Origin: Octopus bimaculoides
Lineage: Eukaryota
NCBI RefSeq assembly: GCF_001194135.2
Contig: NC_068997.1
Location: 33,669,227 to 33,708,857, forward strand
Length of the DNA: 39,631 nucleotides
Direction: 5' to 3'
Below the pieces are notes generated by a model, which worked only from the letters and a program-made list of their open reading frames with translations, did no database searches and had not been told where the DNA came from. Positions within the stretch are counted from its first letter, which is position 1. Every line of letters begins with the position of its first letter. This document shows, piece after piece, positions 1 through 11,429 of this stretch. The position numbers and the translations under genes are program-made.

Positions 1-57
<57 letters not shown>

Positions 58-62
58 TATAT
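1..62. repeat. (TA)n microsatellite
   Basis: Direct reading. Confidence 0.95.
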
Positions 63-389
63 TTTTTTTTAAGTGGTGCTTTAGATGAAAATAGATGCAA
101 ACTATTGATAGATAAATTTCAGAAAAATTTTGTGCCAGAAGTTATTTACTTAAGTATTCTATTGTATCAGGAGTTTTTCTCATGTATTTATGTTCTGCCA
201 GATACCACTTAGCATTAAATCTGTTCAATATTTACAATCTATCAACTGTTGCACATGTCACCATTGTTTGTTTGGTAGACTGAGACTTTCTAGTCAGTAT
301 TAGAATGCATTATTTGTACAGTTTTGTGCTTTGAACAATTAAAATGTTTAGGCTTCAGAATTTTCTGAAGTAATCTCTTACTTTTTCAG

Positions 390-441
390 AGGTGTGCTCC
401 AGCTTCAATTCGTTTGATGGACAATGACCAGTTCCAGTTGG
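390..441 (+). CDS. AGPS: Alkyl-DHAP synthase coding exon (first in window), RCAPASIRLMDNDQFQL(G)
   Basis: Acceptor tttttcag, donor gtgagt, 52 nt. Matches human AGPS RCAPASIRLMDNKQFQFG as recalled, including the Arg equivalent to R419. Confidence 0.95.
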
Positions 442-1240
442 GTGAGTGTAACTGTATAAAATTAAGATAAATCGCATGTTTCAGAAATGTTATTTTTTGT
501 GAAAGCTGGTGTTAAAAAGTGTTCTTCAAATTGGAGATGACATATTTTCTTTGATTCTAATGGCTTTAGAAACACAGAAGGCAGAATATTTATGATGAAA
601 AAGTCTATAATAGAAGTTTTTAAGGATCACTCCTCTCAAATATGATAGTCTCAAGTTGTCTGTGATTTATTTCAGTCTTGCATTAATGATTCCCTATTTG
701 AGAACAAGCTCTCTATCTCTGCCAGTGTAGAATACCTGTACATTAGTAAAAGATAGCTGAATGCTTAAGGTGGTGGACAACTTGTCTATGGGTCATGAGT
801 TAAAATTCATTGCTGGTGTTTAATTATGTTTCTAGAGAGAATGTTGTTCCTATATTTCTGCTATTCACCCACCTAGCTGTTGGGAGTGTCTGATCATTTA
901 GTAATGTTACTTGTGATAGACTGACTGTTTATCCTTTCCGCTTAATTTTATGTATTTGGAGAAAAGCACTAGCTTTCAAAGGGTCCCCTGAGTTTCTAAA
1001 ATTTTTTGTGATAAATCAAGGAAAATTTGACCAGAGGTGTTGAGGTTAGATGTAATAACTTTGGATTTTGGAGAGAAAATGACATATGATTAAAATATGG
1101 TGAAATGCAGTATTGTAGTCAGGTCCAGTATATTCTATCATGAAATAATGACATTAAAATGAAATGATGACAATAAATGAAATATGCAAATTATGGTGTA
1201 AGTATGTTCTGAGTGTCTATGATCATCTGTTTCTGTGTAA

Positions 1241-1833
<593 letters not shown>

Positions 1834-2773
1834 TTCTGTGGTGTGTCGTGTAACTTATTGGTCTTTTGTCATACTGTTATTAGTTTAAAGGGACTGAAAA
1901 ATTTATTTTTGTATGAATTACCAGAATTGTTTGTAAATGCAGTTAAGCAAATTGTTTAATCATGATGTTGGGTTTAACTAGTGTTAAACCATCATCACAT
2001 ATATCTTCATTGGTATATCAACTTTTATTGCTTTAGTTTGAAGCAAAAGAGAAACAGGCAGCTTACATTGACTAAAATTGGTTTGAGTTTCATGCTTCGG
2101 TGATAAAATATGTCTCTATATTTGATTGGTTGAGAATTGGAGAGGAATCCATCTTTGTAAACAAAATGATGATGACATTCATAATGAGAATGATGACGGT
2201 GATGGTATTGGTTCCACATCTTATACTTTGTTACATGATTTACTCTAGACCTGTATAGTATGGCTTGTGTTGTTGCATACATGTATGGCTATATGGTTTA
2301 AGTAGAGAATCCTAGTGGATTATTTTGGGAACAATTCTCTGGTATGGTTTCCTGTTACCTCTTTTAATCTCTTAGGATGGAGTTGTATTCAGTATTGCAA
2401 ATTGGAAAAATATTCTTCAGTTCTACTATTCTTCCTGGCTTTACATGGTACTTATATTTAACCACATGGACTGCACTATTAAGAGTCATGTGATTTTTAA
2501 TCTATGATTCTGTAGTCATACAAGATCGGTGCAAGATTCATCACATGATCTCATATCTCTGTATAAAATGTCTGTTCAAATAGAGTTCAATGAGGTTTAA
2601 CAACAGCTACCTATTCCCTCTCTATACCATTCTGATCTATGTAAGCTACCTCAAAAAAATATTCCTGAGATATTTTCTTATAATATGATCTAATTTTATA
2701 CAAGTTGAAATTTGTCCTAAACATATCTATACCAACTTAAAGTTTATTTTTATATTTTGTTTTTATTTGAAAG

Positions 2774-2823
2774 GAGGTTGCTGCATTAGAGAAGCAAGTC
2801 TATGCAATTGTTGCCAAATTCCG
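2774..2823 (+). CDS. AGPS: AGPS exon, EVAALEKQVYAIVAKF(R)
   Basis: Acceptor tttgaaag, donor gtaggt, 50 nt. Aligns to human EKVLQHEKQVYDIAAKFG. Confidence 0.9.
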
Positions 2824-3149
2824 GTAGGTTTTTTTTAATGAAATTTTGAAATCTTGCTAATTCTTTACAAGATTTTGGAAATTAGAAAATAATATTTATC
2901 ATTACCCTTCTGTTAGAATTGAATGAAGCTTTCTATTATTTTTTTAATTGTTTTATTTGATATTGTTTTATTCTATTTAAACTATTTTCAATCCCCATGT
3001 ACTGGGAAAACATAAAAAGCTGCAGGGGTTATAATAGTAGTAGTGATAGCAACAGTAGTAGTAGTAGTGTAGTATCGGCAGTAGCAGTGGTGACAGTAGA
3101 AATCAGTGAAAGAATTTCCAAATTTTATCTTGTCTTAATGTTGATTTCA

Positions 3150-3328
3150 AATTTTGGCACAAGGCCAGCAACTTTGGGGAAGGAGCTAAATCGATTGTAT
3201 CAACTCAGTACTCAACTGGTACTTATTTTACTGATCCTGAATGGATGAAAGGCAAAGTCAACCTCAATGGAGTTTGAACTCAGAATGTAAAGACAGATGA
3301 AAACGGTTCTGCCAACCTGCTGCCTTAA
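3150..3328 (-). mobile_element. SINE family 2
   Basis: ttttggcacaaggccagc...gaactcagaatgtaaagac is shared with 19780-19984 and, inverted, with 26538 and 27345. Confidence 0.75.
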
Positions 3329-4614
3329 GTTGTCTTAATATTGAATTACTAAAATGAAGGTAGATATTTTCTAAGTTACTGGATCAATAGAGCAATATAG
3401 AAGAGTTTATCTTTATGTTGTGTATATTTAGTAAGTTAGCATTATTAAAACGATAGAGATTTAAAGTCAGTACTTCATGCTAATGAAATGTTGGTGCATT
3501 ATACAACATACCTGCTGCATCCTCATTTAATGTTAGAGAAATTAACATTCAGCTTCTGATATAGTGCATTACCAGTAATTGATAACTGAATACTGAAGTT
3601 TCAGTCTGTTGGTCAATATCTAACAGTGATGCCCCAGCATGGCTGTGGCCCCTCAAGCTGAAACTAGTAAAGAAAATCCTACTGATTCCGTCATTTGTGT
3701 AGCTTTTGCTAAAATGTTTTTTAAAGAAATTCATGTATTTATCATTCTCAGTTGAGTATTTACATCAGTTGTTAGAACAAATATTGTTATTAAGCTGGAC
3801 TGTTTCCCAATTACCAAACCTACAATCGTGTCCATTGGATTATTTCGTCTGGGAGCTCATTGCAATGTTGCTACCAAGTTTGCACTATTTGTGTGTTGCC
3901 AGTAGTTGAACATGCTAGTACGTAGCTACTCTACCTTGATTTCTTTATAATTTTTTATTTTCACACAGTTGAATAAATATAATTATCATTTTGGAAATTA
4001 AGATAAAAATATTTGATTTTAAATAAATCCATCTAATTTTATATGAATGGAAAAGTTTTCATTTTGACAGGTTTTTTTCCTTGACCTACTTGTATTAATG
4101 CATCCAGTAAAATATTTGATACCAGCTGAACTGATGTCCACAAATGTTAGTAATGCTTATTATCTGTACTTCAAAACTGGAGCTATCTCAAGAATATTTT
4201 TCTTACTGTGACAATTGATGTAATCCAGACCTTGCCTTGTATGTCTACCGTAACCATAAATTTTATCATAATTCATAGAATAAGTTGGATATAAGTATAT
4301 TGAACCTCATCATTAAAGCTGCACCTGCATCCTTATTGATCAGGTTAAATATATGAAAATATATTTTGGAAAATGTCTTTTCCATCTGTATATTTTTTTC
4401 ATAGCTGGATAATGTAATACTAAAAATCTATATTATACTAACACTTAAAGCTTGTCCACCTGTTTTCCTGCCATTTGATTAAGATGATAAAGATTACAAA
4501 TAAAATAGTCATTTTCCCTTTTAAGAAAAAAAATCAAGTTGAAAATGTCGATGCTTCAAAAAGTTGTCGGAGCCTCTGTGGTCTGTCCTTTTTTCTTACT
4601 TTCGTTTTTCTTCC

Positions 4615-4920
4615 CTTTATATATATAAAGATGAGAATGTGTGTCTGTGTGTGTGTGTGTGTGTGTCTGTCTGTGTGTGTGTGTCTGTCTGTGTGTCTAT
4701 GTGAATCCCTAAAACTCGAGAACTACACAACCAATTTCATTCAAATTTTACACATGCCTTATTTAGGGTCCATGTAGTGTCTTAGGCCAAAAAAATTTTT
4801 AACTTCTTGCCTAGTGCAAGCCCAGAGCAATATAATAGCTCATCCACTATTCCAGTATTACCGATAACATCTCTCTATTGTTTTCCACTTTAATAGTTTC
4901 ACTTTAATACTGAAACTATT
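4615..4920 (+). mobile_element. Probable non-autonomous Helitron-like element, 5' part
   Basis: TATATATATAAAG start, (TGTC/TG)n tract, then AAAACT...AATTTCATTCAAATTTTACAC, the same layout as the start at 6587. 3' end not seen (microsatellite, then gap). Confidence 0.4.
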
Positions 4921-5464
4921 AAAGTGAAACTATTATCGCACATATATACAGGCATACATACATATATACATACATACATATAAATAATATATACATACAT
5001 ACATATATATATATATATANNNNNNNNNNNNNNNNNNNNNNNNNNNNNNNNNNNNNNNNNNNNNNNNNNNNNNNNNNNNNNNNNNNNNNNNNNNNNNNNN
5101 NNNNNNNNNNNNNNNNNNNNNNNNNNNNNNNNNNNNNNNNNNNNNNNNNNNNNNNNNNNNNNNNNNNNNNNNNNNNNNNNNNNNNNNNNNNNNNNNNNNN
5201 NNNNNNNNNNNNNNNNNNNNNNNNNNNNNNNNNNNNNNNNNNNNNNNNNNNNNNNNNNNNNNNNNNNNNNNNNNNNNNNNNNNNNNNNNNNNNNNNNNNN
5301 NNNNNNNNNNNNNNNNNNNNNNNNNNNNNNNNNNNNNNNNNNNNNNNNNNNNNNNNNNNNNNNNNNNNNNNNNNNNNNNNNNNNNNNNNNNNNNNNNNNN
5401 NNNNNNNNNNNNNNNNNNNNNNNNNNNNNNNNNNNNNNNNNNNNNNNNNNNNNNNNNNNNNNNN

Positions 5465-5667
5465 GAGCGTGGCCGTTTTCGTGCGGGCGACACGTAAAAG
5501 CACCCACTACACTCTCTGAGTGGTTGGCGTTAGGAAGGGCATCCAGCTGTAGAAACTCTGCCAAATTAGATTGGAGCCTGGTGTTGCCATCCGGTTTCAC
5601 CAGTCCTCAGTCAAATCGTCCAACCCATGCTAGCATGGAAAGCGGACGTTAAACGATGATGATGATG

Positions 5668-5668
<1 letters not shown>
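5465..5668 (+). mobile_element. RTE LINE 3' tail with (GAT)n end
   Basis: GTGGTTGGCGTTAGGAAGGGCATCCAG...CCAACCCATGCTAGCATGG...GACGTTAAACGATGATG matches the end of the RTE at ~13960-14163. Confidence 0.75.
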
Positions 5669-6100
<432 letters not shown>

Positions 6101-6102
6101 CA

Positions 6103-6425
6103 TAGGTGCAGGTGTGGCTGTGTGGTAAGAAACTTGGTTCCAAAACACATGGTCCTAGGTTCAGTCCCACTGTGTGGTGACTTTGCATGTGTCTTCTGCT
6201 ATAGCTTCAGACCAACCAAAGCCTTGTGAGTGGATTTCATAGACAGAAACTGAAAGAAATCAATCGTATATAGATATGTATGTATATATGTAAGTGTATG
6301 TGTGTGTCTTTGTCTCTGTGTTTCTCTTTCATAACTGCTTCACAACTGCTGTTCGTTTATTTACATCCCCATAACTTACTGGTTTGAGAAGCAGAAACTG
6401 ATAGAATAAGTACGAGGCTTATCAA
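6103..6425 (+). mobile_element. tRNA-type SINE, family 1
   Basis: GGTGCAGGTGTGGCTGTGTGGTAAG...GGTTCAGTCCCACTG head. Inverse of 1461-1833. Confidence 0.8.
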
Positions 6426-6495
6426 AATAAAAAAAGCACTAGGCAGTGTCTCATATTTTTGTTTGCCTACCCAGTTGTATCTATCAATCTATCTT

Positions 6496-6531
<36 letters not shown>

Positions 6532-6586
6532 CACATATGATACATACACACACACATATATATACATGTATATGTGCATATTCATA

Positions 6587-9115
6587 TCTATTATATAAAA
6601 GTCAATGTCTTTATGTGTGTTTGTGTGTTACTTATACATTCGAAAACTACTGCGAAATTACTTCCTAATGAAATTTGGAACATAAAATCCAAGCCTAGGG
6701 AGAATGCCGTGTAATTTCATACAATTTCATGGAGCAAAATTACTGAATGGATCCTTATGTTATTTGGAACTTAGATTCAATGCATAAGGTTGGGTATAAT
6801 GCAATATGTTTGCTTTGAATTTGAGATGGCGTAAAAGGGGGCAGAACCCCCATGAAAATGCATAAATTTTCAATGTTGACACACATCAAGAAGTATTCTC
6901 AAACTTTCCACTTATCATGGGGATTCTAAGACCCCCTAATGGGGGCCTTAACTCCCAAATTTTAGTCATTTTTTATGATCCAAGACTAGGTCAAAAGTAC
7001 TGAATGAATATGAAATTTGGAAATTATGTTCTATGCATAAGGGCCATAACCCCCATGAAAATTCGTATATTTTGGTTGTTGATGAAATTTTAACCATAGA
7101 TATTAGACACAAATGAAGTAATATTTCTAAAAATTTCATCTTCTTAGAAGTTAGAAAGACCCCTTCATGGGGACTTAACACCCACAATTTAGTCATTTTT
7201 ATCTAAGCAATGATGAATACAGTTGTACTCTTGGAAGCTGTAGGGTCACCTGAGCATAAAAAATGAACATTATTTGTAATTCAATGGTACAACACTGTAA
7301 GAGTTGGCTTTGAGATATACTTAGATTATGATTTCTGCAATATGGTGCATAAATTGTCAAGTAAATGAGAGGCATCTTTTCCTCCACTGATTCAGTTGCA
7401 AAGTATTGAGTTATATGGTTGCAGACCTCCTTTCAGTCTTTTTTTTATCACTAGGTCACACATAGTTCCCTGATGGTAACATTGATTACAAGGCCTTCCC
7501 AGATGAGTGACTGGTTATTCAAAGACATTTATAGATTGTAAATTTATTCTGTCCAGTTACCTATCGGCATAGTGGTCATTTGCAAACTCCAGAGGTGACA
7601 CTTTCATTTCTTCTTAGCCCTCACTTCACACAGTTGTTAATGTTTATTTGAGTTGGGTCACGCCCTTCCAATTGTTATAGGTCCATAATGCATCTTATGG
7701 CTGTGCCTGTATGGTGAGGAATCCTACATTGGGAGTGGTAACGACTAGGGTAGGGTAGCTGACTGCTTATTGTGATCATTCATCTTTTGGTTTCCTGTAG
7801 CTTTGCTCTCTTTTACAAACCCAGTGAACATACATATATTTTCTATTTCAAAGAAATTCAAACAATAGATATAAGACTCAACTTAAAAAGATTCTCAACA
7901 ATTCAACTTCTTTGGTTGACATTAAGATACCCACCGCCAATAGGGGCCTTAACTCCTACATTTTAGAGCTCCATGACCTCCATTTTTCAGGAGCAAAATC
8001 CTTTTAACAGGTTCCATAAGACTGGAATTTTGGAATCTACGCATAAAAATCAGTAATATGGGATACATGTATCATGATTAGAATTTTTTTAGGGTGTGTA
8101 AAGAGGGAAAGAACCCTCATCTGCAATTTTGATGAAATTTGAATCATAGATATTCCAGCTCATTAGAGAAAATCTAACAGAAAAGTCTAATTCTTCAATT
8201 GCATGTAACACGGGCTAGTCATTTATACAACTTTCGAGTGCCGTGGACTGAAAGAGAAATTCTTCCTATATTTTTATGAGATATGTTTTGAATCATGGGT
8301 ACTTGATTTTTTTTCTTAAAGGGGAAAATTACTATTTTATTTAAAGTACAATATCTTTATCATCTTAATCAAAAGGCAGAAAAACACAGACTATCTCATC
8401 ATAGATGAAGATCAATTGCAATGGGAGGAGTTCAATCTCATAAGAATAGAAAAACAAACAACAACAAATGGAATGTACCTTATAATGAAACTTTTTTTAA
8501 GAGCATTCAAATGCCATTGCTATGTTGAAATCATTGCCTCAGTGAGGTAAATTAAGTATGTCATCAAGTACACACTGAAAGGAAATGACCAAGCTGCTGT
8601 TCAAATAAACAATGATAATGAAATTAGTCAATATCTAATGGGTAGGTATACTGGACCATCCGAAGCAGTTGCATCCATTTTAGGATATTCAATTCATGAA
8701 AGAGCACCTGCAATTGTGGGAAATGCAGGTTCATCTCTCAGATGAACAAAGAATATTGCTCAGAAATAATGAGGATATATATGGCTGTCAATGAATGACA
8801 TATGAGAACAACATTAACAGAATTCTTTTCATTGTGCATCAATGATGACTTTGCGAAAACATTACTTTATGCTGAAGTACCCAAGTATTTCACTTGAAAC
8901 AATAGGAACAAAGAATGGCAAAGAAGAAAGCAAGCAAAAAAGAAGTTAAAGGCCATTTGAATGTTTTCAAAGAAGAAACACTTGGTTGTGTTTATGTCGT
9001 CACACCAATGACAGGAGAACTGTGTTATTTAAGAATTTTATTGCATGAAGTTTGCACATTGACACCTTCAACTTGGAGTGGTTGTGACCCTAAAGGTCAT
9101 GGCGGGTACATCTAG
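6587..9115 (+). mobile_element. Defective Helitron, possibly composite
   Basis: A|TCTATTATATAAAAG at 6586/6587. 3' hairpin TGACC-ctaaa-GGTCA (9085-9099), then GCGGGTACAT-CTAG|T at 9112-9116. Internal Rep remnant. A second CTAG|T-like end (CACGGGCTAGT) lies at ~8218. Confidence 0.7.
8465..9050 (+). pseudogene. Helitron RepHel fragment (region between Rep catalytic core and helicase)
   Basis: Frameshifted motifs NKWNVPYN, HCYVE, IKYVIKYTLKGND, EISQYLMGRYTGPSEA, TLTEFF-LC-NDDFAKTLLYAEVPKYFT, GCVYVVTPMTGELCYLRILLH. These match typical Helitron motifs (WVVPYN, HINVE, KY..KY..KG.D, RYIS..EA, GE.YYLR.LL). Confidence 0.85.
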
Positions 9116-9491
9116 TATAATAGAAAATACAAAAATTGAGATTTATAGTCTTATAAATCTTTGCAACTGAAGCATCAACTTATCTCTGAAGTATAAAAAC
9201 TTAGTTTTTTTTCTTGAAATTGACTGATATTACTGGTATTCAATGATATTCAATGTTGATAATTTAAAAAAAAACAAAACAAGAAAAAACTTAAAATTGA
9301 ATTATTTTAAAATTGTCCAGTTTTTCTCTGTACCATGAAAAATAATTAAATGATTATCCATATATTATCTAAAAATTATTTCAAGTATCATCAGATGTAC
9401 TTGGATTGAGAAAACACCAAATGAAAGATTACATGTGCTAATAAAATGTATATGTTGGTACATGTTTTTCATTTTTTTTTCATTCTTCTAG

Positions 9492-9561
9492 TGGTCTTCC
9501 TGGTGGTGCTGACAATGGTGAAAGAGGATACATGATGACTTTTGTTATAGCTTATATCCGG
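9492..9561 (+). CDS. AGPS: AGPS exon, GLPGGADNGERGYMMTFVIAYIR
   Basis: Acceptor cttctag, donor gtgagt, 70 nt. Aligns to [23 protein letters not shown]. Confidence 0.95.
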
Positions 9562-9804
9562 GTGAGTAGCTCTGCTACTCTTTTCTTCTTGCTTTCTTTC
9601 TTCTCTCTACTTCAATTGAGTTTGATTTTTCTTAAGCTTTTTTTAATGTTTTCTTCTTCCTTCTACTTTTTGTCAGTCATTTTAAATCCTTTTCATCTCT
9701 TTCAAACATTTTCAAATAGCCTTGCCCTAAATATTAAAAAAAAATCTTTTCTTTTGCTATCCTTTGTTATCACCACTGTTATTTATTTATTTGTTTATTT
9801 CTAG

Positions 9805-9866
9805 GATCTTGCTTTTGAATATTACATTGTTGCTGAATCATTTGAAACTTCTTGTCCTTGGGACAG
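9805..9866 (+). CDS. AGPS: AGPS exon, DLAFEYYIVAESFETSCPWD(R)
   Basis: Acceptor tttctag, donor gtaaac, 62 nt. ESFETS-PWDR motif. Confidence 0.95.
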
Positions 9867-10689
9867 GTAAACATAATTTCTATCCATTCTTTCATTCAAC
9901 AGTTATTTTTTTAATTGTTAGTCTAACGAGGAGATAATTTTTCTTGTACCTATTTTTAGTATACCACATATAGTCCTTAGGGCAAATGCTTCTTTGCATT
10001 TTCTGTGTCTAATGTTACTTGTGGTTAACCCATAAATGGTTTTGGTTGGTGATTGGACAACAAGAACCTTGCTCAGCCAATAGGCATTACGTCAGTGTTG
10101 TATGAATTGTTTGCAGATTAGTGCCTGGAGAGAAAATATGGGTTCAAAAGAAGTTCTAGAAAGATGTAACTTTGAATAAGGAACAAAATAATTAGTACAA
10201 GGTTTGGGTCTGAGAGTAAGATAGATATGACAGACAAGAGAGGAAAAGAGACAGATCACTGAGTGGGATTCTTTGAAATTGGAATAGAATCAAAGTATGT
10301 TCAGAAGAACAAAGAACATTGTAGTAGTAGCATAAGAGACAGAGAGAGGACATAGGTGGATGTTTGGAAGGTTATTGTTTTTCTTCCTAATATCCCCTCA
10401 ACTAATTTACTACTGTATGATGCTGGAATGTTGTAGAAGCATTCTGTATAAATTCACCTTCAAATAGCCCTTTCAATATAATAAGCATACGACCTTCAAA
10501 TGATAGTTGACTGTTTTATATTTTTATTATAAGCTATAATTTAGCTACTATTGTTCTCTTACATAAAGGGTTTTGTAAATAATCCAGAGGAGATCCTCAG
10601 ATTTTTCAATTTTAAATAGATCAGTAATTAATAAGTTATAATTAACAACATTTTTCTCATCATATATTAGTATTCTGTCTTGCATAGCA

Positions 10690-10915
10690 AAATTGATACT
10701 GGTGTTGGTGCCACATAAAAAGCACTTGTGCTGGTGGAATGTTAAAAGCACTGTTGCTGGTGCCACATAAAAAGCACCTAGTACATCCTGTAGGGTGGTT
10801 GGCATTTGGGAAGACATCCAGCTAAAGAAACCATGCTATAGAAACCAAAACAGAACAAGCAATGGAGTCTGGTGCACTCTTCAGCCTTACCAGCTCTGGT
10901 CAAACCATCCAACCC
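10690..10915 (+). mobile_element. Degraded RTE 3' tail fragment
   Basis: TGGTGCCACATAAAAAGCAC twice, then GTGGTTGGCATTTGGGAAGACATCCAG...AAACCATCCAACCCAT. Confidence 0.6.
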
Positions 10916-11246
10916 ATTTTAAAACTTGGGATGTTTTAAAGGTCAGTTTCATGGTGTTTAGAAGATGAGAGATAACTCTTGAAATCTTAACAGATCTTAA
11001 ACTGAAAACTTATAAGCTGATAGTCTCAAACCATAACCATATGTCCAGTTTATGCATCACCAGTCATTCTTTCATTTTTCCATGCTAGCATAGGTCAAAC
11101 AAGTACTAAATATTGAAGCATTTTTTTACAGCCAGATTCTCTTTCTGTTACTAACCCATATCTGTTTTTCAAGTAAAGAAGTTTTGATTCTGTTTGGCTT
11201 TAAAAGAGCAAGTGGAAAAATTTGTTAGCTGAAAATGCCAACAAAC

Positions 11247-11428
11247 GGGTGCAGGCATGGCTGTGTGGTAAGAAGCTTGCTTCACAACTACATGGATCCA
11301 GGGTCAGTCCCACTGCATGGCACCTTGGACAAGTGTCTTCTACTATAGCCTCAGGGTGACCAAAACCTTATAAGTGGATGTGGTAGACAGAAACTGAAAG
11401 AAGCCTGTTGTGTGTGTGTGTGTGTGTA
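11247..11428 (+). mobile_element. SINE family 1, 5' half, abutting the RTE LINE
   Basis: GGGTGCAGGCATGGCTGTGTGGTAAGAAGCTTG head, ending in (TG)n. Confidence 0.75.
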
Positions 11429-11429
11429 T

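Noticed and set aside
7200-7620. Possible very old mariner N-terminus on the minus strand inside the Helitron
   Set aside because: Only faint resemblance across several frameshifts; not supportable without an HMM search.
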